Source: the human T2T-CHM13v2.0 reference genome, Homo sapiens. From it: a stretch of 64,000 bases of DNA. The notes beneath the pieces are model-generated. The model saw only the letters and a list, made by a program, of their open reading frames with translations. It was not told the DNA's origin and did not search any database. Below are positions 44,512-58,525 of the stretch, one piece after another; positions within the stretch are counted from its first letter, which is position 1, and each line of letters starts with the position of its first letter. The translations under genes were made by a program, and so were the position numbers. Where the stretch lies: assembly GCF_009914755.1 (NCBI RefSeq), contig NC_060937.1. One strand, 5' to 3'.

Positions 44512-46142
44512 TTATTGAGGTGTATTCTATTATATTTAATTATTATTTGTCTTTTTTTGCGTCCATTTTTTTAAACAGGGGTTGGGGTAGGAAAGGCAGT
44601 CTCAATGTAATGGTGACTATATAAGTGAAAGAGGAAAAACAAAGTTTTATGTTTTTAATGAAATAAAGAATTTAGACATTCATAATTTTGATGGTACTCC
44701 ACATTAGTGATTACTCAAAAATCTATATTTATTTGCTTATAATATCATATAGTTGACTTAACATTATTGAGTCTGGGTCTGAGTCGGCTAAATCTGCCTC
44801 AAATGAATTCATTTGTTTCTACATTTTGGGGATATGTGTGTATGGCAGAGTGTGTATTAGACTGAGTTCAGCAGGTCAGGAATTTGCTTTAGTCTTTACC
44901 GAGAAGACATTAGTAATTTTACATTTTCCTATGGAAAAATTTTATGTCATACAAAATTTCTCTATACAAATATATATCTTAAAATTTCACCAAAATAATT
45001 ATAATACATCAAATAAAGCATTAATATTTTGTGCAATTCAGAATAACTTACTCAGGACTTAATTTGGAGAATTTAGCAATTTTCCAAAAATTTAGTTTAA
45101 AAAGTTATTTGTTCAAGTACAAAGTAAGTTACAATTTATTATTGAGAATATGAACATACACCAAGACAAAGAGGATTTTGATGTGGGATAGTAAACGTGC
45201 AAATTATTTCAGGCTACAATTACCTTCTTGTAATGGGAGCATATATAAATTATCTTGTTCTGCAGGGAAATTAAAGACTTGCAGATAAAATACCTTCAGG
45301 TACGTTAAAACAGATACACTTTTTACAGGTTTGTTTATCAAGTAGATACTTTCCAAAGTGAAATACATAATTTGATTTATGAACACACAAAAACTGTATT
45401 TCTTAGAAAAAGTAGAATTATGTATTCCTGATGTCTGCACAACAGCAGAAAGCTCAGCCCTGGTTGTGCTGGTATTTATACTCTTGCATGAAAAATATGC
45501 ACAAGGAGCAAAGATAAGCAATTTTCATAAGAAAATGTCAATGCAACTCCTTGTTAGTATTGATTTTAAAAGACTGTGACAGTATCTTGATTTCATATCT
45601 CTTAGCACTATAAAAAATAAAATCAAATGGAGACTACATCATCTGTTGGAAGAGAAGTGGCATGAGACCCGACAGAAGAAATCTGCTATCAACTATTCCA
45701 TTGACCTATTCCGGAAGCTGAAGTGATATTTAATCCCTATGACTTGAAGCACATGTCCAAAATAAGTAACAGACACAGATGTTCACCATCTTACCAGACT
45801 TTTCATTCTATATCTCTTGTGAAGGGAAGGCATCACAGTGTCTTTAAATCCATGCCATCACATGGATCCACACTGAAAAGAATCCACAAAGTATTTAGTC
45901 ACCTTTGATTCTATAATATAATTTGTCTTGAGGTAGTGCTTGTAAATGGAGCTAAGAATTGACATTTGTCTATTTTATAAGTACTTTTTCTGCTAGCTGT
46001 GATGATAAATACATCATTATCAGTAATATTTATGAAGTGTCCTGTCATACTAACAGAAAGTTGCACATACTAAAATATATGTCTGAATATTAAAAGACTA
46101 TAACTCCTGCTGACAGCCACTAATGTGCATTAATCTTGACAA

Positions 46143-47121
<979 letters not shown>

Positions 47122-47589
47122 ATATTTTTTTCTTAGAATATCCTAATTGACATTATTTTGAATTGAACATATATTGAAGGTGAAATTCTCAGAATCATTT
47201 TGTCAGTCTAGTTTCATATCAACGTTTAATAAGAATTTTTCTTTTGTTGTATTTATTTAAAGATATCGAATTACTTAGATATTTGCAATTATGTAATAAA
47301 TTTACCATTTGTGAGAGCTTTAAAACAAAAAATATTTCTTTATGTGAAAAATTCCATAAGAGGTTTTGAATTTACCTAGTCAGAATAAATTTATATAGAC
47401 ACAATTATTACTAAATAATTCTATCATTTGGTGCTATCTTCTATGTAACAGAAAAGCAAGAATCAAAAGCAGAATAAATAATAATGAATATGTAGTTATC
47501 ATTTTTCTTGACATATACATGTAATCTACCATATACCATTAATATATTTGTGAAATATTTATGTGTACATAAATATAACATATATACTA

Positions 47590-47936
47590 ATTCATGGTCT
47601 CATTTGTGTCCCTGCAACACACATATGTTGAAGTCCTATCCCCTAATATGATTGTTTTTAGAGATAGGGGCTTCAAGGAGGTAATTAAGGTTAAACGGAT
47701 CAGGCCCTAATCCAATAGACAGAGACACCAGCAACACAAGAGCACAGCAAAAAGACCATGTTACAGTACAGCAAGAAGGTGGTCATTTGTGAGCCAAAGA
47801 GAAAGGTCACTGGAAAAAACAAAACTGCCTACACATTAATCTTGGACTTCCAGCCTCCAGAACTATGAGAAACACATTGTTGCTTAGGCCACCTAGTTTA
47901 TGGTATTTAATTAGGGCAGCCCTAGAAACTAATACA
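47590..47936 (+). mobile_element. MLT1A-type solo LTR
   Basis: 'catatgttgaagtcct...gaggtaattaaggttaaa...ttggacttccagcctccagaact...gcagccctagaaactaataca'. Confidence 0.88.
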
Positions 47937-48164
47937 TTAACTATAGCCATAATTACATAAGCCACAAGTTCATAGCTATAAATTTTTATTGGCTATCAAA
48001 TAGCAATTACATAACATCCTCCTGGAATATTAACTTGACATCAACAGTTATTCAACGTCATTAAGAAGTGATACATCCCTGTTTACAGGAAACTCTATCC
48101 TGGGCTATATCAGTACTTTGTCTTTGATAGGAATGTTAGAAGCAAGTTCTATTGCCTATACTGT

Positions 48165-48340
48165 GATCATATTCTGGAACACATTGCCTGTGTTCAAATA
48201 TCAGTATTGCTGTTTATTTATCTGCACATTTAACAAGTCACTTAATCTCACTGTGCCTCCATTTCTACAAATGTAATATGGAGACCACAATAGTACCTAA
48301 CTCATAAGGTTGTTATAAACACTTATAAGATGATTCATAC
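48165..48340 (+). mobile_element. MIR
   Basis: Core 'caagtcacttaatctcactgtgcctccatttct...atagtacctaactcataaggttgtt'. Confidence 0.8.
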
Positions 48341-48896
48341 ATAGGCCACAAAACAAACTGTTCCTGCCACTTTAAAATTTTTCAACCAATTTTAACTCTC
48401 CTATATCCCTTGCACCCTCCCCCATCTCTGTTTGTTTGTTGGTTTGTTTTTCTTCCTAGAGTTTTCTTTAATCATTAAATCCTCACTTTTAGCATATGGT
48501 TATTATTCTTTTAACATAAAGAGACATACCCATCATTTTTCTTTACCTACAAGTTTCCAGTAAGTTACTTCCATAGAAATGAAACCAGGTAGAAGAAACA
48601 TTAATAATATTCTCCCTAGCCTATTGGTTAACAAAGCAGGGAGGAGACACATTTTTCATATTAATTTCTACGATACAAGAGAAAAAAAACTAAGCAAAGA
48701 TGCAGTAATTAGCATTTTATATGTTTTTATCTTGAGGAAATATTGCTTTTGCAACAGCTTTGGTGTTAGACTTTGGGCAATCTTTGCAAACATTGCTATA
48801 GGCTTTTTTTTCCAGAATAAAGAATGCATACTTAATATTACTGGTAATTTTCCTGTAGTGCTGTAAATTAATAGACAACCTTAAGACAAAGGGCTT

Positions 48897-50445
48897 CACA
48901 CCATTGCCATACTGTTTTAACAATTGTAGCTTCATCATATATTTTGAAAGCAGGAAGTGTGATACCTACAGCTTTGTTCATCTTTCTCAAGATTGTTTTA
49001 TCTTTATGGAGTCTTTTGTGATTCCATATGAATTTTTTCTAACTTTTTCCCTGTTTTTTTTTTTAAATGTCTTTGAGATTTTGATAAACCAACAGAACAG
49101 AAAAGAGAGTCTGAAATTATATTCACATATACTAATCTTTGACAAAGCTGCCAAGAAAACACAATAGAAAAATGACAGACTCTCCCATAAACGGTGTTGG
49201 TAAAACATAGGCATCCACATGCAAAAAAAGAATGCAATTGGATCATTATTTTATACTATATACAAAATCAACTCAAAATGCATTAAACACTCACACCTAA
49301 GATCTGAAAGATTAAAACTTCTACAAAAAACCATAGAAGAAAAGTTTATGACATCAGCCTTAGGAATTATTTTTTAAAATATGATACCAAAAGCACAGGC
49401 AACAAAAGCAAAAATAAGGAAGCAGAATCACATCAACTGAAAAGCTTCTACACAACAAAAAAAATCAATCAACAGAGTAAAAGCCATCCTACAGAATGAT
49501 GGAAAATATTTACAAATCATACCTGAGAAGAAGTTCATATACATAATATATAAGGAATTTCTACAACTCAATAGCATAAACAAAAAAGCTAATAACGCAA
49601 TTAAAATGCATTAAACACTTGAACAGACATTTATCCAAAAGAAATGCACAAATAGCCAATGGTTATATGTAAAAATGGTAAAAATTTTTAATAATCAGGA
49701 AAATACAAATAAAAATCACAAGGGGATATCACCTCATACCTGTGAGGGTAGCTGTTATCAAAGGACAACATGTTAGAGAGGATGTAGAGATGTTGTTACC
49801 TTGGTACACTATTTGTGCAAATACAAAATAATAGTGTCACTATGGAAAACAGTATGGAGGTTCTTCAAAAATTTAAGAATAGAATGACTATATGATCTAG
49901 TAATCCCATTTCTGGATATTTATCCAAAACAATTTAAATCAAGATTTCAAAAAGATGTCTGCACTTGCATGCTCATTGCAGTATTATTCACAATAGGCAA
50001 GAGGTAGAAGCAACCTAAATGTCCATAGACAGATAAATGAATACAGAAAATGTGGCATATAGATATAGTAGAATATTACTTAGACTTAAAAAAGAAGGAA
50101 CGTCTGAAATGTGTGGCAACATGGACAAACTTTGAGGACATTATACTAAGTGAAATAAGCCAGTCACAGAAAGACAAATACTTAATGATTCCATTTAAAT
50201 GAAGTGCCCAAAATAGCAAAACTCAAAGAAGCAGAGAGTAGAATGGTGATTGCCAAGAGTAGAATGGTGGAGGGGGGAAATGTGGAGTTTTTAATCAAAG
50301 AGTATAAAGTTTTAACTATGTAAGATGAATGAGATCTAAATATCTGCTGTACAACAATGTGCGTAAGGTTAACAATAGTTTAATATACACTAAAAAAAAA
50401 AAAAATCCTTAAGAGGGTAGATCTCGTGTTAACTGTTCTTGCCAA
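48897..50445 (+). mobile_element. L1MB1-3-type element with 5' inversion (antisense 48897-49085, sense 49086-50445)
   Basis: Strand switch at '...gagattttgat|aaaccaacagaacagaa'; 3' end 'ttaagagggtagatctcgtgttaactgttctt'; candidate TSD gacaaag. Confidence 0.88.
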
Positions 50446-51889
50446 ACACACACACATACAAAATGACAAAGTCATGCCTTAAATTGTACCAGATGAAAAC
50501 TACATGCTTTCAGAATGTTTCTTGGCAACACATATCTGAAAGTTGTCACTGAATGTTGCTACTCAGCAGGATGCTGTCAAAAAATTTATTAATAGACAAG
50601 AACCAGAGAAGTGAATCAAAAATCTCAGCATGTCCTTTGGAAGGCCAACAATCTGACATCCGTGTTATATTAAACTCCAAAAGAAGCTAAAGGTTTACAA
50701 AAGAATGGTGCCATTCGTCTCTGTATGCATGAACCTCAGATTTATCGTATCAACCTTAACCTCTTAGAATTTTTTTCTGTGTGCCATAGGTAATATTATT
50801 TAGGCAGTATCAGCTGTAAAGAGATCTCAAATAATAGTGAGCTCTAAGCTTGCTAGTCTGTGCATATAAATAATAAGAAAAGAAGAGTAAGAAAAGATAC
50901 ATCCTGTGAAATTTAACTGTGATAAACAAAAGGAAAAGGATGTATGTCCAGTAGACATGGTGAAATTACTTGGAATGTAAGACATTTTGTCATCAGTTGA
51001 TGGCAGAAGCTATTATTGTAGAGCATGTGGAAATGGAGTGCTTCTTTAAGAAACAAACAAGCAAAAAAAAGATAAATGGAATTGAAGCAACAAAACTAAA
51101 CTGAAATGTGTATAAAGCACAACTAGAGACCCTAGTGAAATCAATGAATGGTGACCATTATTAAATAAAATATAGCTTTTGATAATTTAAAGTAGCATCT
51201 GTTCCACTAAATTCATTTTAAAAATTACATTGCTAGAAATAGCATGTTTAATGGTAACATAAAAGTAGAAGTTGAAAATTATAAATCTGGAAAAATAGAA
51301 AATTTTAATTAAGTTACGTAACTAATAAAAAATCTATGAGTCGTCATATAAGTAGTTTTGCTTGTTTGGATTTTTGTTTTTAATATTATTAAGTACCCAG
51401 TGTCAGTGATATTTTTTGCCAGGAATATGGAAGAGAAAACTAATATTTGTCTTTATATTAATTAAAATTATATTTGAATATTCTGATGAAGTTTGTAAAC
51501 TCCATTTTTGTAACAGATTTTTGTTTAACCAGTATTTGAAAGTGATTATAATAGTATATTTTGTTTTGTTATTTGCAGAAATATAATGATCTAGATGACA
51601 GAGCACGTGGCATTGAAATAAATTATATAAGAATTCCACAGATTTTTCAAACAAAAGAATAAAAAACAACCCCCAAAATTGAAACTTTACCAATTTTTAT
51701 AATGGCAACACTGAAATAATATAGAACTACAACATTACAAATGATCTTTTCCCTGTTCTCAATCAGAAATATATTGAAAATGCTGTCCTCCTCCTCTTTT
51801 ATACTGTGTCAAATTTTTCCACTTTCATTCTGATTTTATCATAAAATCATATTACAGTGTCCACATTTAGATAGGCATGCTTTCTGAAG

Positions 51890-52090
51890 GGGAAAAAATA
51901 CAGTTTAAAGGACATAGGCTTTGAAATTACAAAAATGTGAGTTGCCACCTGATTTTGTTCTTTGGAAAAAATAACGAAGAAAAAAACATATATTTTCTGG
52001 GTCTCAGTTTCTTTACTTCTGAGGAAGGACATAATAAAAACTGATGGATATGATTATTGTTATAAAATGCTAACATACAATATTTATCAG
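51890..52090 (+). mobile_element. MIR remnant
   Basis: 'tttctgggtctcagtttctttacttct...ggacataataa'. Confidence 0.55.
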
Positions 52091-53109
52091 ATGTAAATTT
52101 TCTTATATTTCTTGATTTCTAAAAATGCTAATTTATTGTAAAACATTAAAATAACAGAAATACAATAAATTAAAGATGTAACTTTTTTACAATTCCATTT
52201 TATTTTTAAATAAAGAAATTCACTCATACTTAGTTTTTACATATTTGTAGTGTTATTATGGATAACATTTTATATTCTATACCTTAATCTAAAATTACAG
52301 GATACATAATCCTGCATTTGCATCTATAAATTAGGCAAAGAAAACCAAGCCATATATTTTACTTCTTTACTTTATGCTCATAAACTAGATTTGTTTGTTG
52401 TCAGGTGGCAACTCATATTTTTGTAATTTCAAAGCCTCTGTCCTTTAAACTGTATTTTTGTTTGTTCTTGCACAGCTTAAAAAAAATGTCTAGCTTATGC
52501 GCCCTTCTGTGTAATTAACATTATTTAGTTAATGTACTCATTTGTTGCTTACCACATCTACTTGAGCATATAAGCTCTTTTTCTCCAAATGTACTTCCCC
52601 TATTAATTATTCTGAAATAACAAAGCTAAAACTCTCTTCCTTGAGTTGTGAATTCCCTGATTCTCTGACCATTGCTGCCTGGATTTTAAAAAGCTGAATT
52701 TATAATCTATTATTTGCAAATCTGAGGCCTCAATTTTTAAGTTTTATTATCATTTCTATAATTCTTTTGTAAACTGTTGCTATGCAACTTTAATGATATG
52801 TCTCAATATTAGTCATTTTTGCTTGCACACACACATGCATATCATTCTAGTTCCATGAGAAAAAAGATTTTAATACCAAATTTTAAAATACACTAAGAAA
52901 AATATCTCCATTTTAAAAATCACTAGCTACAGTGATTTATTTAATGCTTCATCGTTTTTATACGGGATGATTTTTCTTGGTGGTTTATTTAATAGCAAAA
53001 TGCAAATCAAAGAATAATTAAAACACTATTTTAGATAGCTGTCAGATACAGAACAAAGTAGATACAGGGGAGTGTAATTAATTATACCCTCCAGTCTCTA
53101 TTGTACTTT

Positions 53110-53520
53110 ATTAGGTTTCTTATGTGATAAGACAAAAACTTAGGACTGTTTTGATTTCAAATGAAGAAGAGCAACTTTAGCCCAGGGAGAAAGGAATATT
53201 TATTATAAGACTATGGAGAAATCTCATAAAAACAGGCAGCAGCACACATTGACCTCAGCAAGAACTAGAATTAGGAAAGCAGGCACTGTTCATCCTTTCT
53301 CTCTGCCTGCCTAGGCTTATCTGTTTCAATGTTCCCTTACTGTCTTTGCTAAGTCATGTCTTCTTTCCTCAGACCAACGTGAAGAAAACATGGTTGCTGA
53401 TTAAACTTAAAATGATACATTTGTAGTCAACTGTGGCTAGGCTCTGACGAACCACCAGTTCTCATAGAAGCATCTGGGAATGGCCAGAGATGCTGGCCAT
53501 TCTCTTTCCTTGTCTACTTT
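53110..53520 (-). mobile_element. Old MLT1-like LTR remnant
   Basis: 'aaaggaatatttattataagactatggagaaatctcata' resembles an antisense MLT1 3' end. Confidence 0.35.
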
Positions 53521-56371
53521 TTATAGTTGGTTGAGGAAGCCTATAATTTTAAAAGACAGATCATTAAAAAGTTTACAGGAAGGGTCTAGAAAAGTAGAAC
53601 TGGAACTATAATTTTTTAAATGTGTACCATATAATAGAGCAAAATTTTTAAAAACTTGATTGATTTGAGTAGAATACATTGTAATGTATTTGCAGGAACC
53701 CAATTAGTCACATTAGCATAACTTTGTGATTCTACATATTATTTTATTATGTAATCAGAAGATTCACCCAACCTAGTCACAATATTAGTATCAAGATATA
53801 AAACAGATAAAATATTGAAAATTTCATGTGATTTAGCCAAATGTACTGGCTAATATTACAATGTATACATTATTGCTTAACAAATAAATCAATGTTAAAG
53901 TCGCTAATATTACCAGCCATTGATAATCAATTTATCCATTCAACATAAATTAATGTGAACATACTATATTCCAAGAACAAATCTAGAAATGAAGAATATA
54001 TCAGTAAGCAAAAAAAGTAGCAAAATGTTACTATTCATTAATCTACTCTAAACATTCTTATTTCTATTAAAATATTATAGTTGTATTTTTACTTATTAAT
54101 ATACTTATGCTCTTAACACTAAATATGTTATTCTGAGGCAGCAAAATCATTCAAATTCTTAGAATAGATACATACCTATAACAGATAAAAATGGAAATCA
54201 GTAGTCTTAAGAGTTGATAGTACTAATAGATTTTTTTTTATGAAGTAAGTGGTAAAAATTTTAGGAACATGGGCTGCCACACTGTATTTGATATCACCTA
54301 ACTGAATCTTTGAAAACATTATGTATCATATAAATATAAGGTCTTGAGCATTCATCTTGAAATGTCAAATATCAACCCAATTTTACAATGTTTGTATTTT
54401 TAATGAAATATATTCCTAAAGATAACTTTTAAGGCTTTATTTTGGCAATGATAAATATGATGCATTTTGTCAAATGTGTTTTTTTCTCATGAAGCGCATC
54501 TGTGTTTGCTCTCTTACTAGACCCATGAAATATATTAAAATATTTTCCTATATCAAACTATCTTTCCATTCTTGATTAAAGCAGTATTCTTGAAATGTGG
54601 TACTGTTCTTGTACTATTGAGGTACATAATTGATTTGCTACTTTTCTCTTTTGTTTTAGAACTATAGTATCAGAATGGGTAGATTTTCTCTTCGTATCTA
54701 TCATACAGGACCATTTAAATATTATGCCTATTGCTTTTAAAGTTTCAGATAGTGTCCCAATGCATTTTTAAGAGGAATTTATTTGAATATTTATATTCTT
54801 TAATGAGTTTTTGATCTTTTACGATACATAAAATTTTAATTCAATCTGGTAACAACAGACTTCTTGATTATTAATAAATTGTATGTGATTTGTCTATTAA
54901 ATTCTATTTATATAGAAATATGCAGTTTTATGTTAATTTTTGTTGGGAAGCTCAAATGTATTTGTATATGATGTTTGGAGTATTTTTTTAATTAATAAAA
55001 TTTATTTTTTAATCAGTTTTGTTTATGGAAAATTAAACACTTAATGTAGATAATTCCTATATACCTCTCTTACTACTGACATCTTGCATTAGTTGTAGTA
55101 ACAACTGATAACTTATATAAGGACTCACTCTTTGTGTTGTATTGTTCCATGGGTTTTGACAAGTATATAATGTCATGTGTCTACCATTAACCTTTACAGT
55201 ATCATTGTGAATAATTTCATTGTTCTAAAATTTCCTTGTGCTTCACCTGTTCATCCTTCTTCAATACTGACACCCAGTGACTAACAATCTTTTTATTGCC
55301 TCTGTAGTTTTGTCTTTTCTAGAATGTAATATTAGAACTGTGAAGTATGTAACCATTTCAGACTGGCATTTAAAACTAAGTGATGTGTCTTTAATTTTTC
55401 TCTGTGTCTTTTCATGGTTTGATAGCTCATTTCAGATCACTGAATAATATTCAATTGTATAGATGTATCACAATTTGTTTACCTATTCACATATTGAAGG
55501 ACATCTGGGCTGCTTCCAAGTTTTGACAATTGTTAAGAAAGCTGTAATAAACATTTGTGTGTTGGTATTTGTGTTATATAAGTGTTCAATTCATTTAAGT
55601 AAATACTAAGGAATTCTATTGCTAAATTGTATGGTAAGAGTATTATTAGTTTTGTACAATACTGCCAAAATATCTTCAAAGTGGCTGTATTATTTTGTAT
55701 TCTTACTGGCAGTGAATGAAAGTTCCTAGTGTTGTACATTCTGATCTGTTTTTTGTGTTGTCAGTGTTTGGGATTTTAGCCAATTAATAGCTGTACAGTG
55801 GTATAATTAGGTTTTTAATTTGCAATTTTCTAATGACATAGGAATCACACATAATTTTATATGTTTATTTGACATCTGTGTATCTTATTTGATTAGTTCC
55901 TGTCTAAATCTTTTGCCCATTTTTAATGGGGTTGTTTTCTCATTGTTGACTTTTAAGTATTTTTTGTGTATTTTGGATACAAGTCCTTTATCAGACGTGT
56001 ATTTTACATGTATTTTCTCTCAGATGGTCTTGTCTTTACATTCTTTCTTCAGTGTCGTTTGTAGAGGTTTTTTAATTTTAATGAAATCCAGCTTACCGTT
56101 TGTTCGTTTTTGGAGCATTCTATTGGTATGACATCTAAAATTTCATCACTAAACACAAAGTCACCTAGATTTTTTCTTACGTTATCTTCTAGAAATTTGT
56201 TTTGTGTTTTAGATTTAGTTCTATAATACATTTTGAAGTATTTTGTTTTGTTTTCTTAAGGATGTTAATACAGTGTCTAGATTAAATTTTTGCATGTGGA
56301 TATTCAGTTGTTTCAGCACTACTTATTTAAAATATTATACTTACTCTTTTATATTGCCTTCACTCTTTTGT

Positions 56372-56458
56372 TTTGTTGTTTTGTTTTTTGTTTGTTTGTT
56401 TTTTGTTTGGCTTCTTTTTTCACGACACAGCCCTCAGGAGGTTCTGAGACCATGTGCC
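56372..56458 (-). mobile_element. Poly(A)-tailed micro-retrocopy of a MER4-group LTR segment inserted in L1MC
   Basis: Minus strand ggcacatggtctcagaacctcctgagggctgtgtcgtg plus a ~49-nt A-rich tail; the host sequence is duplicated on both sides (cactcttttgt / tgctctttgtt). Confidence 0.65.
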
Positions 56459-56605
56459 TGCTCTTTGTTAATATCAGTTGACTATATTTGTGTGGATCTA
56501 TTTCTGAGCTACTGACACTAATGAATTGATCTGTTTGTCCTTTCTTTTGCCAATACCACACTGTCTTCATTATTATAGCCTTATAATAAGTCTTGAAATC
56601 AGGGA

Positions 56606-56719
56606 GTGTCACTCCTCTGATTTTAGTCTTCTTCAATATTGTATTGGCTGTTTTATCGTTTCTTGGTGTCACTCTGCTGACTTTCTTCTTCATTACTGTA
56701 TTGGCTGTTTTATCTTTTC
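56606..56719. repeat. ~60-bp diverged tandem duplication inside L1MC
   Basis: gtgtcactc...tgtattggctgttttatc.tttc occurs twice (starts 56606 and 56666). Confidence 0.88.
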
Positions 56720-58464
56720 AACCACACTTTAGAATCAGTGTGTTGACAACTACAAAATAATTTGCTGAGATTTTGATTGCGATTACACTGAATCAAGATG
56801 TTTCAATTTGAGTTAATTTGGAAAGAACTGATATCTTAACAATACTGAGGCTTTCTATTCATAACTATGAACTATCTCTTCATCTGTTTAGATAGTCTTT
56901 ATTCTTTCATCCTTTTTGTGGTTTTCCCTATGTAGATCTTATACATATTTTGTTAAATTTATTCCTAAACACTTCATTTTTTTTGGTGCTAATACAAATG
57001 GTGCTTTTGTTTCCACATTCAAATTCCAATTGTTCTTTTCTGGCATATAGGAAATGTCTTTTGTATGTTAATTTGTATCCTGCAACCTTGCAATAATCAC
57101 TTATTAATTCCAGGAAGGTTTTTTTCCGGTAAATTTGGGAGGATTTTTCTGTGTAATTGATCATGTCATCCACAATGACAATTTTATTTCCTCCTTTTCA
57201 ATCTGTATACCCTTTATCTTTCTTTTTTTATTCATTAGTGAGGACTTCATTATACTAGTGAATAAGAGTTATAATATTTTTGCCATTCAAATTTATTATA
57301 GATATTTGTATTTATTGATGTCATCTTATTTTATGCTTTCTATTTTTCCTACACATTTTCTAGGTTTACTTTTCCTTGTTTTTTAATTTTTCATACAAAC
57401 TTTACTATTTGGAAATATTCACATGTATTTCAATTTTTATAAATATGCTAAGAATGTTAATACACGTATTTAAGTCATTCTAATATTTACTAATGTTTTT
57501 GTTGCACATCTAAACTCTAAAAACATCTTTAAAATGTCTAAGGTCTATCATGAATTCCAATTAATTACTACTGTGCTATCCTTGCTTTTTCTATCAGAAA
57601 ATTTTCATTTGGTATCATTTTCTCCTTCCTGTTGTAGTACAACATTTTGAATTCCCATGCATGAAGGTTTGTTGGAGGCCAGCCCTACTTTTGTTTTAAA
57701 ACTATTCTTGATTTCTCGTAATTCTTAAATAATATAATTAAGTATAACATTCTAGATAAACAGCATGCTTTTACTTTTCCACAAGTTTACAAAATCACTC
57801 CACTGACTTTGATTGTTGCTCTTAAAATTACATGTATTATTTTTGCATTTTTGCAGTTAAACAGGCATTGGTTTCCGCTATTTTTATGATTATCAGTTTG
57901 TCTCGTGTTATAAGCCATTACCTTGATATCTCTAGGTCTGAAGTTTTTTTTATTAATATTACTTAGATTTAACTGGCTATGTGACTATGTAAACTGTTGT
58001 ACTTTATTACTTCTGAAAAACTCTTGGTGAATGCATCTCTTAATGATATATCTGAATAATTAATGTTTTTGTCCTTCTACAACCCCATTTCTCATTTTAT
58101 CCTCTCCTCCAGGTCTCTTAAGAGCTTGTTCATATTTTCATTTACTTAAAAAAAAAAATCTCTGATGCATCCTGCATAATTTCTGTAGACTTATCTAATG
58201 GTTTACTATTATCTCCCAATATATCAACTTGTAGTTAAACTGATACATTAAATTTTACATGTCTATTACTTTATTTTATTTATAAAGCCTATTTTAGTTA
58301 TTTTGAAAATTGTTACTTGTGTGTTCAAGTTCCTATTATTTCTGAACCATTTGAATTATGTGTCTGGCAATTCCTTTATCTGAAGTCTTTTTCAAATATT
58401 CCTTTGCTGTTTGCTGCTGGTTATTTTGTAATTTTGTAATTATGTATATTTTGTAATTTTTATT

Positions 58465-58525
58465 TGTGTGTGTATGTGTGTTTGTGCATGTGTGTATGTG
58501 TGCGTGTGTGTGTGAGAGAGAGAGA
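58465..58525. repeat. Imperfect (TG)n(AG)n microsatellite
   Basis: tgtgtgtgtatgtgtg...gtgtgagagagagaga. Confidence 0.9.

Larger units (their letters stand above)
54985..57260 (-). mobile_element. L1MC1-like 3' portion
   Basis: 'actctttgtgttgta...atgggttttgacaa' 3' UTR; ORFs 56349-56693(-) and 56928-57173(-) are ORF2 remnants (TLPDFKTYYKA, DDMI). Confidence 0.88.
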
